A stretch of 64,000 bases of DNA from Desulfuromonadales bacterium (lineage in GTDB: Bacteria > Desulfobacterota > Desulfuromonadia > Desulfuromonadales > SZUA-540), in contig JAWSUS010000012.1 in NCBI GenBank assembly GCA_033549025.1, positions 27,480-91,479 on the forward strand. The letters are read 5' to 3'. The position numbers were made by a program, and so were the translations under genes. Positions within the stretch are counted from its first letter, which is position 1. Every line of letters starts with the position of its first letter. The notes beneath the pieces are model-generated. The model made no database searches and was not told the origin of the DNA. It saw only the letters and a list, made by a program, of their open reading frames with translations. This document shows positions 1 through 8,821 of this stretch, piece by piece.

Positions 1-36
1 GGCCTCGTTTCATTTTTAAGCGAAGGCTCCTTGCCT

Positions 37-3000
37 TCAGTCGGGATGAGCCTGCCGGGGGGCTTGCCGATGGCTTGAATGAAGGGGGCAGCTTTGACCG
101 CTGCACTCGCGATTTTCGGGCTGCTGGCGGCAGCCGATGACGGCCTCGGCCCGCAGTGGGATCGGCAGCAGCGGCGCCGACAGTTCGGCGGCAGCTCGCA
201 GGGCGACCCAGCCGTCGCGCCGGCAGCAGCGAGGTGCGTTAAGAGAAGCGATGCGGGCGAGGACCTCCTGGGTCAGCTGCTGAACCTGCTGACGCTGTGC
301 ACCCTTGAGGGGATTGGCTTCGAGCAGAAGGCTGAAGGCGACGCCGACCCCGGTGGCGGCGCCGCAGGCGCCGAGAAAGGCGCAACTGCCGCCGATGACC
401 TTGCTCCCGCGCTGGATGCCGGCCCGGATCTGGCCAGGGGAGATAGGACCGCCGAGATTGCCAAAGGTGGTGAGGATGACGGCCGGTACCAGAGCATGAT
501 GTTCGGGGCCATGGATGGGAATGGCCGGGTGGCGGCGGATCCGGTCGAAGAGGGCGAGCAGATCCGTTTCGCGGCTCTCCAGGCACATCTGCTCAATGAC
601 CTGCAGGGCATCCTGCGAATGGCAGCCGTCGCAGACGAAATGACCGTGCGTGCAGCTGGCGTTGGCGGCAAAACTCTGACCGCAATAGGTGCAGACGGCG
701 GGGCGCTCCTGCGGGAAGTAGTCGAGGGGAGCGCCGCAGACCATGCAGCCGCTGCCGTATTTTATCGTGCTCGGCGCCGAAGGCTGGACCGCCGCTTGAT
801 CGGTCCGGGCTTCCGGCGACAGAGCGCAGCCGCAGCCGGCCCCGAGATCGAGGTTGCTGACAGCCCCCTGGGCGTCGAAGACGAATAGCTGCTTGCCCAG
901 CTGGGTCGCCTCGCTGGCGGCAATCTCCACCTCTGTACCGACAGCGAGGGTCTGGCCGCTGCTGGTAGTGACGCTGGCGAAGGGGCCGCGGTACATGACC
1001 CGCACCTTGGCAGCGGCCTCGGGTTTGCGGGCCTCGAAGGTCAGGGAGAAGAAAGGGTGCCCCTGCACGGTGCGGTAGGGGAAGCGTTTAAGCAGGCGGA
1101 TGTGGGCGAAGCCCTCTTCTTCCAGCAACCCGACTAGATCTTGCTGGGTGAGGGCGCCGCCGATGCATTCGCCATGCAGGGTGGTGTCGTTGCGGATGGC
1201 CCCGCCGGGCTCGCGGTCGCACACCACATCGGCCACGACGAGGCGGCCGCCGGGTTTTAAGGCGCGGAAAATGCCGGCAAAGGTCCGACGCTTGTGACTG
1301 GAGAGATTCAGCACACAGTTGGAGAGGATAACATCGACACTATTTTCGGCCAGAGGTAATTCTTCCAGATAGCCTTTTTCAAAGGTCAGATTGTCGTAGC
1401 CAAGGTTGGCCCGCACACCTTGGGCTCCTCGCCGCGCCAACTCCAGCATGGGATCGAGCATGTCGACTCCGATGGAACGGCCCTCGGCCCCGACCAGGCG
1501 GGCGGCGATAAAGCTCTCGACGCCGCCGCCACAGCCGAGATCGACTACCGTCTCCCCTGGTTGCAGACCAGCGTCCAGCACCGGGCTGCCGCAGCCGTAG
1601 CCCCGAAAGCGGAACTCGGCCGGGATGTGGGCGATAAGGTCCTTGTCATAACAGACGGGGTTAAGTATCTCCTCCTTGCGGTCACCCACCGCGGCGGCGT
1701 AAAAGTCTTTGACGACGCGGCGGCTGTCGTGATTGGCCAGGGAGAGCAGGCAGTTGGCGTGGGTGAGGGCGACAGCGCCATGGGCTCCGCAGCCCTCCAG
1801 TACATCCCCCATCTTCAGACGCAGGCTCGGCCTGTCATCGTCGCGGCTGGGCTCAGCCTCTGAGGCGATAAGCCAAAGCAGGATGTTCTCGTACAGCGGA
1901 ACATAGGGGTCATCCCCTGCAAAGCATCCGCCACGGAGAAAGCTGTGATCGGCATCGCCCCCGCCCGTAAAAAATCGCCAGGGGGAGGGGAGTGTGGCAG
2001 CCGTGGCCTCTCGCAGCTGTCGCAGAGATTCGCCCTGGCGCCAGGCCGTCGCCAAATCTTGGGAAAGCTCGGTGGCCAGCTCTTTCAGGCCGACGGTGGC
2101 GGTCGAGGGATAAAGGCGGCGGTCGGGGCCGATGGCGACGGATTCCCAGCCGCTGTTGCTGCCGTCGTGGAAGGTGCCGACGGGGGCGAAGGCCTGGGTG
2201 CGCAGCGCCTCCAGATTGTCGATGCGGATGCCCCGTGCTTTGGCGCGCTCGGCGGCGAGGCGCAGCTGATGGAAGAGTTCGTTCGGGGGGACAAAGCTTT
2301 CAGCCCCGGCGCGACCGCGCACGAAGTACCAGAGAAAATGGACGTTGGCGGCGCCGACGTCGGCAGCATAATCGATGAGCGCCGGCATATCGGCGACATT
2401 GTCCCGCTCGACGCACATGGAGAGGGTGAAGGGGAGTTCCCGGGCTTTCAGCCACGCAAGCTCGGCGCCGAGGGCGGCAAAGGTTCCCTTGCCCCGGATG
2501 CGGTCGTGTCGCTCCTCCAGACCGTCGACGCTGACCTGCAGATGAAAGCGGGAGAGATCCCAGTCGGCTGTCTCCAGGTGGCGGGACAGCTGCAGGCCGT
2601 TGGTCAGCACGACGACCTGGGTGTCCCGGTAGGCCAGCAGGTCACGGACGATGGTGCCGAAGTGCGGGTGGCTGAAAGGCTCGCCGCCGGTGAGAGCGAA
2701 GACCCGGCAGCCAAGCTCAACCGCTTCGGCGGCCAGCTGGCCCACGTTCTCCAGGGAGAGTTCGTCGGTCGCCTCCGGTCCGGAGGCGAAGAGGCAGTGG
2801 CGGCAGGCCAGGTTGCAGCGGTTGGTCAGGTGAAACCAGAGTTCACGCAAATGTTCGGTCTTGAGGAGGGCGCCACGGCCGGCGTAGCCAGCGCCTTGAA
2901 GGTCGGGCAGCCTCTGCCGGAAACGTTCAGCCTCTAGAGAACAGGGAGAGTCTTCGTTCCGCTGCCAGCCCTGCAGCAGTTCGTCGCCGGCGCGATTGGG

Positions 3001-3087
3001 CACAAACCAGCAGGGCTGGTCGTCACGGACGTAAATAGGCACGTTCTCGAACGTGCAGCGTGTCCACTGGGAGGGATCAAAGGACAT
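37..3087 (-). CDS. Radical SAM / ArsM-like SAM methyltransferase / Cys-rich (DUF5714-like) fusion protein
   Basis: 1016 aa. CNLACRHC radical SAM motif, LTGGEP and SVDG motifs. Methyltransferase motifs GYGCGSP, VVDLGCGGG, SNCVLNL, GECIGGA. C-terminal CxxC/HGPEHH/RCCRR-rich domain. RBS AGGAG upstream. Confidence 0.9.
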   Translation of the reverse strand: MSFDPSQWTRCTFENVPIYVRDDQPCWFVPNRAGDELLQGWQRNEDSPCSLEAERFRQRLPDLQGAGYAGRGALLKTEHLRELWFHLTNRCNLACRHCLFASGPEATDELSLENVGQLAAEAVELGCRVFALTGGEPFSHPHFGTIVRDLLAYRDTQVVVLTNGLQLSRHLETADWDLSRFHLQVSVDGLEERHDRIRGKGTFAALGAELAWLKARELPFTLSMCVERDNVADMPALIDYAADVGAANVHFLWYFVRGRAGAESFVPPNELFHQLRLAAERAKARGIRIDNLEALRTQAFAPVGTFHDGSNSGWESVAIGPDRRLYPSTATVGLKELATELSQDLATAWRQGESLRQLREATAATLPSPWRFFTGGGDADHSFLRGGCFAGDDPYVPLYENILLWLIASEAEPSRDDDRPSLRLKMGDVLEGCGAHGAVALTHANCLLSLANHDSRRVVKDFYAAAVGDRKEEILNPVCYDKDLIAHIPAEFRFRGYGCGSPVLDAGLQPGETVVDLGCGGGVESFIAARLVGAEGRSIGVDMLDPMLELARRGAQGVRANLGYDNLTFEKGYLEELPLAENSVDVILSNCVLNLSSHKRRTFAGIFRALKPGGRLVVADVVCDREPGGAIRNDTTLHGECIGGALTQQDLVGLLEEEGFAHIRLLKRFPYRTVQGHPFFSLTFEARKPEAAAKVRVMYRGPFASVTTSSGQTLAVGTEVEIAASEATQLGKQLFVFDAQGAVSNLDLGAGCGCALSPEARTDQAAVQPSAPSTIKYGSGCMVCGAPLDYFPQERPAVCTYCGQSFAANASCTHGHFVCDGCHSQDALQVIEQMCLESRETDLLALFDRIRRHPAIPIHGPEHHALVPAVILTTFGNLGGPISPGQIRAGIQRGSKVIGGSCAFLGACGAATGVGVAFSLLLEANPLKGAQRQQVQQLTQEVLARIASLNAPRCCRRDGWVALRAAAELSAPLLPIPLRAEAVIGCRQQPENRECSGQSCPLHSSHRQAPRQAHPD

Positions 3088-3323
3088 CGTGGGCTCCTGA
3101 AAAGCGTCAAAACCTAACGGGAAAGGGGATGTTGGGAAAGGTTTTATCTATAGCAGGTATTGAGGGATGGGGGCAAGTCGTGAAAACGGCCTGCAAAGCG
3201 GGAGGACGTGAAAACTTTTTTTCAGCAGCAGGTAAACCTTGGAGGATGGGTACCGTCTAAATTAACAATTCCACGGATGATCTCATCCGCAAAAAAACAT
3301 GAACGAAGAAAAGAGGGAGGTAA

Positions 3324-3719
3324 ATGATGAATGCGAAAAAAGTAATGCTCATTGGTGGTTTGGTGGTGTGTGTCGCTGTTGCCGGTCCCGGCGCCGCGTT
3401 GGCCAAAGGCGGGCAGGGGGGCCAGTCGGGCTCCCGAGCTCAGGGTTCCATGAGTAACGCAAGTTCCATGGGGCAGACGCAGTCCCAGCACCGCTATCAG
3501 AACCAGAATCAGCACCGCTATGAGAATCAGAGCGGCAACGGTCTGCAGCAGAAGGCTGGTGAAGGGGAGGGCACGCAGGATCCGGCCCAGAACCGTTATC
3601 AGAATCGTTACGAGAACAAGAGTGGCACCGCCCAGGAATCTGGTGATCTGGACCGCACCCGCGACCGCATCCAGCTGCGTGATCCTTCTACCCATGAAAC
3701 CACGGAAACGGCGCAGTAA
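3324..3719 (+). CDS. Secreted low-complexity Q/N/G-rich hypothetical protein
   Basis: RBS GGAGG, signal peptide ending ALA, QHRY/QNRY repeats, followed by a terminator hairpin. Confidence 0.8.
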   Translation: MMNAKKVMLIGGLVVCVAVAGPGAALAKGGQGGQSGSRAQGSMSNASSMGQTQSQHRYQNQNQHRYENQSGNGLQQKAGEGEGTQDPAQNRYQNRYENKSGTAQESGDLDRTRDRIQLRDPSTHETTETAQ

Positions 3720-3747
3720 ATCGCCTCAGCCGGAGCCATGCACAAAG

Positions 3748-3786
3748 CGGGGGGAGATGGGCAACCATCTCCCCCCGTTCTTTTTT
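3748..3786. terminator. Intrinsic terminator between convergent genes
   Basis: CGGGGGGAGATGG-GCAA-CCATCTCCCCCCG followed by TTCTTTTTT. Confidence 0.85.
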
Positions 3787-4018
3787 ACCTGCCCCTGATT
3801 GCCTCATCCGCCACCTGGCGGATATCGCCGAGGCATCAACGGCTCCGGGGGTGCAGAGTCTCGCAGCGGCAGCGTCCTTCCCGGTGGGCGAGCAGAACGG
3901 CGGCGAGGATGGTCGAGTGGCCGTGTCGGCGCACATCCTCGCGGATATCGTGGCGGCTGTGGCGAAAGCAGTAGCAGATCAGCTCATCGTCTCCATCGGA
4001 GCCGGTCGGGTTCCCCAT
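3785..4018 (-). CDS. Small BFD-like/[2Fe-2S]-metallochaperone-like probable selenoprotein (77 aa, Sec at UGA 3836-3838)
   Basis: ICYCF...CRCETLHPRSR-(TGA)-CLGDIRQVADEAIRGR-TAA. Read-through restores the family-type CC motif as UC. Hairpin directly after the UGA. Start overlaps the upstream stop (TGATG). Confidence 0.75.
3800..3835 (-). promoter_or_regulatory. Putative bacterial SECIS element
   Basis: mRNA after UGA: UGCCUC-GGCGAU-AUCCGCC-AGGU-GGCGGAU-GAGGCA. 6-bp lower stem, 7-bp upper stem, G-containing apical loop beginning 20 nt after the UGA. Confidence 0.72.
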
Positions 4019-4239
4019 CAGGCTATCCTCTCCAGGCGCACGAACTTGCCGCCTTGGTCATAATACAGGGCAAAACGCCCCTGAATCCCCCGTTCGCTCA
4101 AAAAGGGCCGCAGATGCGCGGCCGGAAACTGCACCCGCGGGCCTTCCTCCGTGGTCACCAGAATCTGCTGAACCTGCCCCTGGTAGTAGCGCAGAAACTG
4201 CTGGCGGTCGATATGGATGGAGAAGCGGCAGCGGGGCAT
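4018..4239 (-). CDS. DUF2835-like small protein
   Basis: 73 aa, FLRYYQG...VQFPAAHLRPF...GIQGRF pattern; operonic with neighbours. Confidence 0.75.
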   Translation of the reverse strand: MPRCRFSIHIDRQQFLRYYQGQVQQILVTTEEGPRVQFPAAHLRPFLSERGIQGRFALYYDQGGKFVRLERIA

Positions 4240-4245
4240 GGCGGC

Positions 4246-5121
4246 TCAGTCCTCGGCGAGGCAGGCTTGAAGCCCTTCGGCGAGGGTCGGATAATCGAGG
4301 CGGATGTCCAGCTTCTCCAGCATCTTGCGGTTTTCCATGCGCCGCGATTCGCTGAGGTAGGAGATCATCAGGGGCGCCATGACCTGGCGGGCCTCTTCCA
4401 TGGGAATCTGTTGCGGGCGGGGGAGGCCGAGAAGATCGGCCACGGCCAGAAAATACTGGGTCATGGTGCCGCCCTGGCCATCGCAGACATTGAAGATGTC
4501 GCCGGCCTCGCCTTTATCCATGGCGGCCAGACAGACGCGGGCCAGATCTTCGGCGTGGATGCGGTTGGTCGGTTTACACTCCTCTTCCCGCAGGAGGGGG
4601 TGTCCCTCCGTCAGGCGGGCGACGGGAAGACGTCCCGGGCCGTAGATGCCGGTGACCCGCAGGATGACCACGGGGACCTGGTGCTCTTTTCCCCAGGCGA
4701 GGAAGGCGTTTTCAGCGTCGAGGCGGCGCCTGGCCCGCGAGGTCTGCGGGTTGGGCGGCGTCTCTTCCGTGACCAGATCATCGCCGCAGTCGCCGTAGAC
4801 GCCGCTGGTGCTGATGTAGACGATTTTGGCCGGTTCCTGCCCCGGCGTGATGGCGGCCAGAAAGTTCCGCACCCGCGGATCGCTGAAGCCGCCGCCCGGC
4901 GGCGGCGCAAAGTAAAAGAGGCCGGCGCCGGCCAGTGGCAGCCCGGTGAGCGATTCGGGGTCGTCGAGGTGCCCGACCAGGGGCGCAATCCCTGCCGCTG
5001 CCAGAGCCTGGCCTTTTTCCTCTTCCCGCACCAGGCCGTGTACCTGTTGCCCCTGGGCCAAGGCCCGGCGGGCGACGCGGCGACCGATATCGCCGCAACC
5101 AATAATGACGATTCTATCCAT
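4246..5121 (-). CDS. NAD-dependent epimerase/dehydratase (atypical SDR, YeeZ-like)
   Basis: IIGCGDIG Rossmann motif, YISTSGVYG, GIYGPGR, NRIHAEDL. Start chosen at MDRIV. Confidence 0.88.
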   Translation of the reverse strand: MDRIVIIGCGDIGRRVARRALAQGQQVHGLVREEEKGQALAAAGIAPLVGHLDDPESLTGLPLAGAGLFYFAPPPGGGFSDPRVRNFLAAITPGQEPAKIVYISTSGVYGDCGDDLVTEETPPNPQTSRARRRLDAENAFLAWGKEHQVPVVILRVTGIYGPGRLPVARLTEGHPLLREEECKPTNRIHAEDLARVCLAAMDKGEAGDIFNVCDGQGGTMTQYFLAVADLLGLPRPQQIPMEEARQVMAPLMISYLSESRRMENRKMLEKLDIRLDYPTLAEGLQACLAED

Positions 5122-5160
5122 GGAGACCATCCTTTTCAAAAGGCGTAAGGGAGTGCGGCC

Positions 5161-7806
5161 TTACGACAGGCTCTTGCTGACGATTTCATAGACGTCGCGG
5201 GAGAGCTTGGGGGCGTCGAGCAGGCGCTGTAGTTGTTCTTTCATCAGCTGCTGGCGGCCGTCGTCGAACTTGCGCCAGCGGATGAGGGCGGCGGCAAGGC
5301 GGGCGGCGACCTGGGGATTGAGAGGATCGAGGGCCAGCACCTGCTCGGCGGTGAAGCGGTAGCCGCTGCCGTCTTCCCGGTGGAAAGCGGCCGGGTTGCC
5401 GTGGCAGAAGGCGCCGATGAGGGCCCGCACCTTGTTGGGGTTGCGCAGGCTGAAAGCCGGATGCGCCATGAGGGCGCGCACCTGCATCAGGGTGTCGGGG
5501 TGGTCGGCGGTGGCCTGCAGGCTCAGCCACTTGTCGACGACGAGGGGGTCCTGGCTCCACTTGGCGTAGAAGGCCGCCAGCGCCCCCTGTCGTTCGGGGC
5601 GGCAGCTGTGTGCCAGGGCGCCGAGAGCGGCAATGACGTCGGTCATGTTGTCTCCCTGCGCGAACTGCCGCTGGCACAGACGGACGGCCTCATCCTCCTC
5701 CAGGGCCATGAGATAGGCGAGACAGACGTTCTTGAGGCTGCGCCGTCCCACCGCCGCCGGCTCGATGCTGTAGGGGCCGGTCTCACCCAGACGCTCATAA
5801 GTATCGAGCAGTTCGGTCCGCCAGCGCCGGGCCAGACTTTGGCGCAGGGCCTGGCGGGCGGCATGGATAGCCGCCGGGTCGACCACGGTCATCTGTTCGG
5901 CCAGGTAGGTTTCACTCGGCAAGGTCAGGGCGAGGGCAAGCAGGGCCGGATCGGCCTCGCGATCCTGCAGGGTCAGGCCGAAGGCTTCGCTGAAAACCTC
6001 GGCCTCCCCCGGCGTGCGTCCCTGACTGAGATCCTCGACCAGGCCCAGCAGTACCCTGGTGGCCAGCTGCTGGCCGGCTTCCCAGCGGTTGAAGGGGTCC
6101 GCATCCCGGGCCATGAGAAAGGCGAGGTCGGCGTCGGCCAGGTCGATCTGCAGCTTGACCGGGGCCGAAAAGTCCCGCAGCAGTGAGGGGACGGGTTCTT
6201 CCGTAAGACCGACAAAGCGGAAGCTCTCCTCTTCCTGACGCAGGTTGAGCACCCGGGTGCCGGCGGCGGGGGGAGCGGTCTCCCCTTCGAGCTGCAGAGG
6301 GAGGTCGTTGCCCTGGCGGTCGAGCAGACCCAGGGCCAGGGGGATATGGAAAGGCTGCTTGCTCTCCTGTCCCGGTGTCGGCGGGCAGGACTGGCGGCAG
6401 CGCAGGGTGTAGACGCCGCCGGCCGGGTCGAACGCTGTGGTGACCTGAATCTCCGGGGTGCCAGCCTGGCTGTACCAGCGGCGGAACTGTGCGAGGTCGG
6501 CGCCGTTGGCGTCGGCCATAGCCGCCAGAAAATCCTCGGTGGTGACGGCCTGGCCGTCGTGGCGCTCGATGTAAAGATCCATCCCCCGGCGGAAGCCCTC
6601 GCGACCGAGCAGGGTCTGGATCATGCGAATAACTTCGGCCCCTTTGTTGTAGACCGTGGCCGTGTAGAAGTTGTTGATCTCCACGTAGGATTCGGGCCGC
6701 ACGGGGTGCGCCATGGGGCCGGCGTCCTCGGGGAACTGGGCCTGGCGCAGGATGCGCACTTCCTCAATGCGTTTGACGGGCCGCGAGGTCATGTCAGCGG
6801 AGAACTCCTGGTCGCGAAAGACGGTGAGCCCTTCCTTGAGGCTGAGCTGAAACCAGTCGCGGCAGGTGATGCGGTTGCCGGTCCAGTTGTGGAAGTATTC
6901 GTGGCCGATGACCCCCTCGATCCCCTGATAGTCGGCGTCGGTGGCGGTATCGGGCCGAGCCAGCACGTACTTGGAGTTGAAGACGTTGAGCCCCTTGTTC
7001 TCCATGGCGCCCATGTTGAAGTCGTCCACCGCCACGATCATGTAGATGTCCAGATCGTATTCGAGGCCGAAGATCTCCTCGTCCCAGGCCATGGCTTTCT
7101 GCAGGGAACGCATGGCGTGTTCGCACTTGTCGGCGTTGCGCGGCTCCACGAAGATCTGCAGGGTGACCACACGGCCGGAGCGGGTCGTGAAGCGGTCCTC
7201 GATTTTGACCAGCTGGCCGGCGACCAGGGCGAAGAGGTAGGACGGCTTCTTGTAGGGATCCTGCCAGCGCGCGAAGTGGCGGCCGCCATCGAGCTCGCCT
7301 TTCTCCATCAGATTGCCGTTGGACAGCAGCACAGGATACTTGGCGCGGTCGGCGACGAGGGTGACGGTGAAAGGCGCCATGACGTCGGGACGGTCGGGAT
7401 AGTAGGTGATCTTGCGAAACCCCTGGGCTTCGCACTGGGTGCAGAAGTTGCCGCTGGACAGATAGAGCCCCTCCAGCGAGGTGTTCGCCTGCGGATCGAT
7501 CTCGGTGACGGTGCGCAGGGTGAAGGCGTCGGGCACCTCGGCCAGGGCCAGGGTTTCCGCGTCGAGCGCATAGGCGGTCGTCGGCAGGGGACGCTCGTCC
7601 AGGCTGATTTCCCGCAGTTTCAGTTCCCGCCCGTGCAGCACCAGCGGAGCGGCGGGGTCGACACCGGCCGGGTTGCGGCGCAGACGCAGGGTCGCGGTGA
7701 CCAGAGTCTGCGATTCGGCCAGCTCGAAATGCAGGTCGGTGTTATCGACCAGAAAGGCCGGGGGGGTGTAATCCTTGAGATAAATCGTGGTGGGTCGGTT
7801 GGTCAT
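5161..7806 (-). CDS. pepN: Aminopeptidase N (M1 family)
   Basis: GAMENKGLN and HEYFHNWTGNR zinc motifs, NNFYT, C-terminal NPNKVRAL. Confidence 0.97.
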   Translation of the reverse strand: MTNRPTTIYLKDYTPPAFLVDNTDLHFELAESQTLVTATLRLRRNPAGVDPAAPLVLHGRELKLREISLDERPLPTTAYALDAETLALAEVPDAFTLRTVTEIDPQANTSLEGLYLSSGNFCTQCEAQGFRKITYYPDRPDVMAPFTVTLVADRAKYPVLLSNGNLMEKGELDGGRHFARWQDPYKKPSYLFALVAGQLVKIEDRFTTRSGRVVTLQIFVEPRNADKCEHAMRSLQKAMAWDEEIFGLEYDLDIYMIVAVDDFNMGAMENKGLNVFNSKYVLARPDTATDADYQGIEGVIGHEYFHNWTGNRITCRDWFQLSLKEGLTVFRDQEFSADMTSRPVKRIEEVRILRQAQFPEDAGPMAHPVRPESYVEINNFYTATVYNKGAEVIRMIQTLLGREGFRRGMDLYIERHDGQAVTTEDFLAAMADANGADLAQFRRWYSQAGTPEIQVTTAFDPAGGVYTLRCRQSCPPTPGQESKQPFHIPLALGLLDRQGNDLPLQLEGETAPPAAGTRVLNLRQEEESFRFVGLTEEPVPSLLRDFSAPVKLQIDLADADLAFLMARDADPFNRWEAGQQLATRVLLGLVEDLSQGRTPGEAEVFSEAFGLTLQDREADPALLALALTLPSETYLAEQMTVVDPAAIHAARQALRQSLARRWRTELLDTYERLGETGPYSIEPAAVGRRSLKNVCLAYLMALEEDEAVRLCQRQFAQGDNMTDVIAALGALAHSCRPERQGALAAFYAKWSQDPLVVDKWLSLQATADHPDTLMQVRALMAHPAFSLRNPNKVRALIGAFCHGNPAAFHREDGSGYRFTAEQVLALDPLNPQVAARLAAALIRWRKFDDGRQQLMKEQLQRLLDAPKLSRDVYEIVSKSLS

Positions 7807-7988
7807 GGACATTCCTTCTCTGTGCGGGTGGCAATGAAAAGAGGTTCCTGTCAGAGGGTGAGCCCGCTATTTTTCAGCCGCCCCTGACATAAATAAAAAA
7901 AATGGTAAGATTTACAAATTGTAATGAAGGCCCGATAAGGCCTTTCGTTGTTTTGTCAACAGACGTGATTATCGCAGGAGGCCAATGA

Positions 7989-8762
7989 ATGAACAAGAGG
8001 ATTGTCGGATTAATGGTGTGGCTGTTGCTGGTGATGCTGGTCGGGGCGGCGGGGGCGGAAACCTTCGGCATGAAGCAGAAGCGCCCCAAGCTGCATGAAT
8101 ACGGCTCTGTCGTCATGAACAACTACTCCGAGCAGAAGAACATCGCGCCCGTCGTTTTTCCCCATTGGGTGCACCGGGCCAGGTACACCTGCCGCCTCTG
8201 TCATGTGGATATCGGCTTCGCCATGACGGCCGAAGGGACGCAGATGACGGAGACGGACAATATCAACGGTCTCTATTGCGGTGCCTGTCACAACGGCCAG
8301 GAAGCTTTTTCCGTCGCCAAGGCAGAAAAAAACTGCGATCGCTGCCACTCCTACGGCAAGAACGTGCTGTTCAAGAACAACTTCTACGATTTCCGCAAAA
8401 AGATGCCTAAAGAGCGGTTCGGCAACGGCATCGACTGGCTTAAGGCCGAAGACGAGGGGCTGGTCACGGTCAAGGACTACCTCGAGGGTGTCTCCATCTC
8501 TCGGGCCAAAATCAAGGAGCCGGATAAATTCGATCTGACCCCCACTGAGCCGAACATGCCCAATATCATCCTGTCCCACCAGAAGCATGTGGTGTGGAAC
8601 GGCTGCGAACTCTGTCATCCCGAGATCTTCCCCGTCAAGAAGAGCACCCAGACCTACAGTATGCAGGACATCTTCAACGGCAAATACTGCGGGGTCTGCC
8701 ACGATACGGTGGCGTTCCCCAATATCGACTGCCAGCGCTGTCATACCCAGCCGGTGCATTGA
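7989..8762 (+). CDS. Hexaheme c7-type (two triheme repeat) periplasmic cytochrome c
   Basis: Signal peptide; six CxxCH (CRLCH, CGACH, CDRCH, CELCH, CGVCH, CQRCH); FPHWVH. Confidence 0.93.
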   Translation: MNKRIVGLMVWLLLVMLVGAAGAETFGMKQKRPKLHEYGSVVMNNYSEQKNIAPVVFPHWVHRARYTCRLCHVDIGFAMTAEGTQMTETDNINGLYCGACHNGQEAFSVAKAEKNCDRCHSYGKNVLFKNNFYDFRKKMPKERFGNGIDWLKAEDEGLVTVKDYLEGVSISRAKIKEPDKFDLTPTEPNMPNIILSHQKHVVWNGCELCHPEIFPVKKSTQTYSMQDIFNGKYCGVCHDTVAFPNIDCQRCHTQPVH

Positions 8763-8821
8763 TCCGACGCGGGCGGGCCGCCGGTCCGCCCGCGCCACAG
8801 ACCTGAGGGATGAAATAGCGT

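Noticed and set aside
612..640. CDGCH motif in the rSAM fusion as a heme c site
   Set aside because: Protein has no signal peptide; the motif is part of a Cys-rich zinc-finger-like domain.
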